DNA from: Balanoglossus misakiensis
Taxonomy: Eukaryota > Animalia > Hemichordata
DNA length: 64,000 nucleotides
Reading direction: 5' to 3'
NCBI GenBank assembly: GCA_040954595.2
Contig: CM082579.2
Location: 12,587,834-12,651,833 of the forward strand
Shown here: positions 61,560-64,000 of the stretch, piece by piece
Position numbering within the stretch: position 1 is the first letter of the stretch
Layout: every line of letters begins with the position of its first letter
Notes under the pieces: generated by a model
Told to the model about the DNA's origin: nothing
The model's input: only the letters and a program-made list of their open reading frames with translations
The model's database searches: none
Translations under genes and position numbers: made by a program

Positions 61560-61975
61560 AGGCAATGGACCAGGCACAAGTCTTGATCGGAAGGAAATAA
61601 AAGTATGTGCACATTTATGTGTTAACATCTGGAAACGGCAGTGTTACCCTAAAGCAGATTCAGCAACAACTCTACCAGAGCGACCCAAAACTCAAGGACC
61701 AAGGTGTTAGCTTAAACACCATATCAAGGTGGATGGTTGCCCCGAACAAAAGTTTCAAGGCTGCAGCGATGTACAGCCGCGAAATTGACAGCAAGATTGC
61801 GACAACCACTAATGATGCCACCTGTGCATTTTTATGCACAGGTGAAATTTGTAATAGAGTTCTCGGCGATAATTCTCCGAGTCGACTGTGCGACTGTCAC
61901 ACTGTCATGCAACAACATGAATAAGGTTTAAAGTGGGAGTTCCAGCTGTGTCTCGTTACATCCATGATACACGTC
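61560..61975 (+). pseudogene. Zator/TP36-like transposase fragment (tentative)
   Basis: VSLNTISRWMVAPNKSFKAAAMY...; frameshifted HFYAQVKFVIEFSA...VTLSCNNMNKV/KVGVPAVSRY, similar to the SxDDKxKVxxGxPA motif. Confidence 0.45.
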
Positions 61976-62351
61976 ATCTTTTAGGTTCTTCCCATGAGTC
62001 ACCATAAACAAGACCTAAAGGACACCAAATTAACCATTGAAAAACTGGCAGAGAGGTTGCATACACAGCAGGAGAGAGTCCTAAAGTGACAAGAACATTT
62101 AAATAAAGAAATTGATTGCGCTAGATCAACATCAGGCACTGTTGAAGGATTTCACTGTACTAGAGAAATAATTCATGACCTTGCAGGAGACAAGGTGGTG
62201 TGGCATACACTTGGATATATTTGTAAAGTTGCATATACCGGCAGTGTTGGGCAAGTCTTCTAAATTGCATAATCAACAATGGCCACCGTACACCTTCTCT
62301 AAAATAAATATGGTGCTTTAACAATTTCAACTTGTCTGACATGGTAATATT

Positions 62352-63429
62352 ATCACTCTCCCCGATCACTATACATTGAAGTGCTCATTAATGTTCATAT
62401 AGGGTCAAAGGTACTGAAAGTTTACTGAAGTGACCTATCAGATGCGTGCGCATATTAATGATTAGTCAGATGAGCTGAAGTCAACTGCAAGTGCCGCACG
62501 ACGTTTTAATGTGTTTGTGCACTGTTTCTTCTCCGTCTTTCTGATCTGATTGCTGATATTCAGGAAAGCGTTTTTCATTGTTATTTTATTGTCTTTGATC
62601 AAACCCTCATTGTTAGCTGTCAATAACAAGCGAAGTTTTCACACACGGAGCAGCATCCGAACTTCTGTGACAATACACGTGTAGTAGTCTAGATCAACGT
62701 CATTGACATGGAGCAAAACTGTGTACGATCGATGTATACAAGATGAACGCATGTACAACGGAGGAGACCCGGAAAAAGCTTGTACTTCATAAAATTCTGG
62801 TCGATATTTTACATTGGTTTATGTAGTTCGTCAATTGGGTTTATTCATTGCGATGTCGACATCATTGACACTGCTTCGATCAGTACCTGGTTTGCATGGC
62901 TTAATGACCATTCCTTCCTTCCAAAAACATATCTGTGCAGTAAGCGCAGATGCCCTGTCCATGCTTCATGGTACGGATTGGCGCACTTGTGTCTATATCG
63001 TCCACCCATGTTCCGATGTCCGACGCCTATCACCGCAAAGACTAACAAAATCAACGCCAAAAGTCCCCATTTTGCGGTATCACTACCTGATGTGATTCCT
63101 GGAGAAAGGTCTTCGTGCTTCGCTGGAGCCATGGCCACGCCGTGATTCACGACAGCCCCAAACCTCAAAACAACGGTGAAAATCCAATCGCAATGGTAAA
63201 CTTGTTGCTTCGGGGTCAAAGAATCGATATGCCAGCAGGCAAGTTTTTTAGCCCACAGAATTTCGTTTTACAGAGTGAGAAACATGGGGTATATAAAATG
63301 ACAAAGTACTTGTACACTATGAGCGTAATGGCTGCTTTCTGATTGGTCAAAAACTTGTCTGACCTCGAGGCGATTTTCATTATTAAATATTAATGAGCAC
63401 TTCCATATATCGGGATCGGGGAGAGTGAT
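62352..63429. mobile_element. Non-autonomous TIR element (ATCACTCTCCCCGATC ends, probable 4-bp TSD TATT), relative of the 1-4160 element
   Basis: TATT|ATCACTCTCCCCGATC...GAAGTGCTCATTAAT at left; ATTAATGAGCACTTC...GATCGGGGAGAGTGAT|TATT at right; 62352-62940 is homologous (inverted) to 3575-4160. Confidence 0.82.
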
Positions 63430-64000
63430 TATTAGACAACTCTTTTAATTTGCATTATTCAAAATGGCCACCAAACACCTCCTGGATAATTTAACTTTTG
63501 GCCTACTTGTCCCATGATTATGTTTTAGTGGAGCGGCCAAACCCTAATTTTCATAGCGATTGTGCATTTTGTGATAAAAGCACCAAACTTGGCTCAGATG
63601 TGTGTTAATGTGAACTAAACGAATTCAGATAGCGAGCCACTAAATATCTGTTGATGAGTTTCCATGGCAACCAATTTTTCAAAATGGCCACCAATACAGA
63701 TAATTTCACCCACCAAATAACAACTGTAAACACCAAAATAAATTTAGATTACTATATTTGATACAAGGAACTGTGGAAAGAATGATTTGCAAAGATATTA
63801 TGGTTACTAAACTACTTATAGGGGTAAGTAAGTTATCAAAACAAAATTTAAAGGCCTTTGTTCTCGGATTAATATGTGCTCCTCTAGAAGTGAAACCATA
63901 CTGTCTATGGTCAAACATTAGGCTAATTGCGATATTTAACTTGCAGTACGTAAATTACACATATGAATCACAACAGTTTACCACCTTAGCTAATGATAAT

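Overview
Eukaryotic, AT-rich, intron-rich animal DNA (a marine invertebrate deuterostome such as a hemichordate is my guess from repeat content, not demonstrated). There are two spliced host genes on the + strand. The first is a 24-exon VWFA/cache-domain (CACHD1/alpha2delta-like) membrane protein gene (4751-20088, 5' exons not seen) with a GC-AG intron. The second is a histidyl-tRNA synthetase-like gene (23298-29165) that lacks the WHEP domain, keeps a U12-type intron, carries substitutions in the His-binding motifs, and has no 3' exons in the window after a LINE begins. The rest is densely nested mobile DNA: two LINE relics, TTAA-flanked Kolobok-type MITEs, two CAG-terminated elements with 5-bp TSDs, an AcademH-type MITE with a 9-bp TSD, nested Helentron/HINE-like repeats, hAT- and Zator-like relics, and a near-identical 2.5-kb tandem duplication. 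The most unusual object is a ~9-kb element (43798-52799). It has P/Galileo-like ends (CAC...GTG TIRs, 7-bp TSD GTCTCAC) but encloses an apparently intact ISL2EU-type gene pair: a THAP-DDE_Tnp_4 transposase and a convergent SWIM-YqaJ exonuclease. All family assignments are from motif recognition by eye; no database searches were run.
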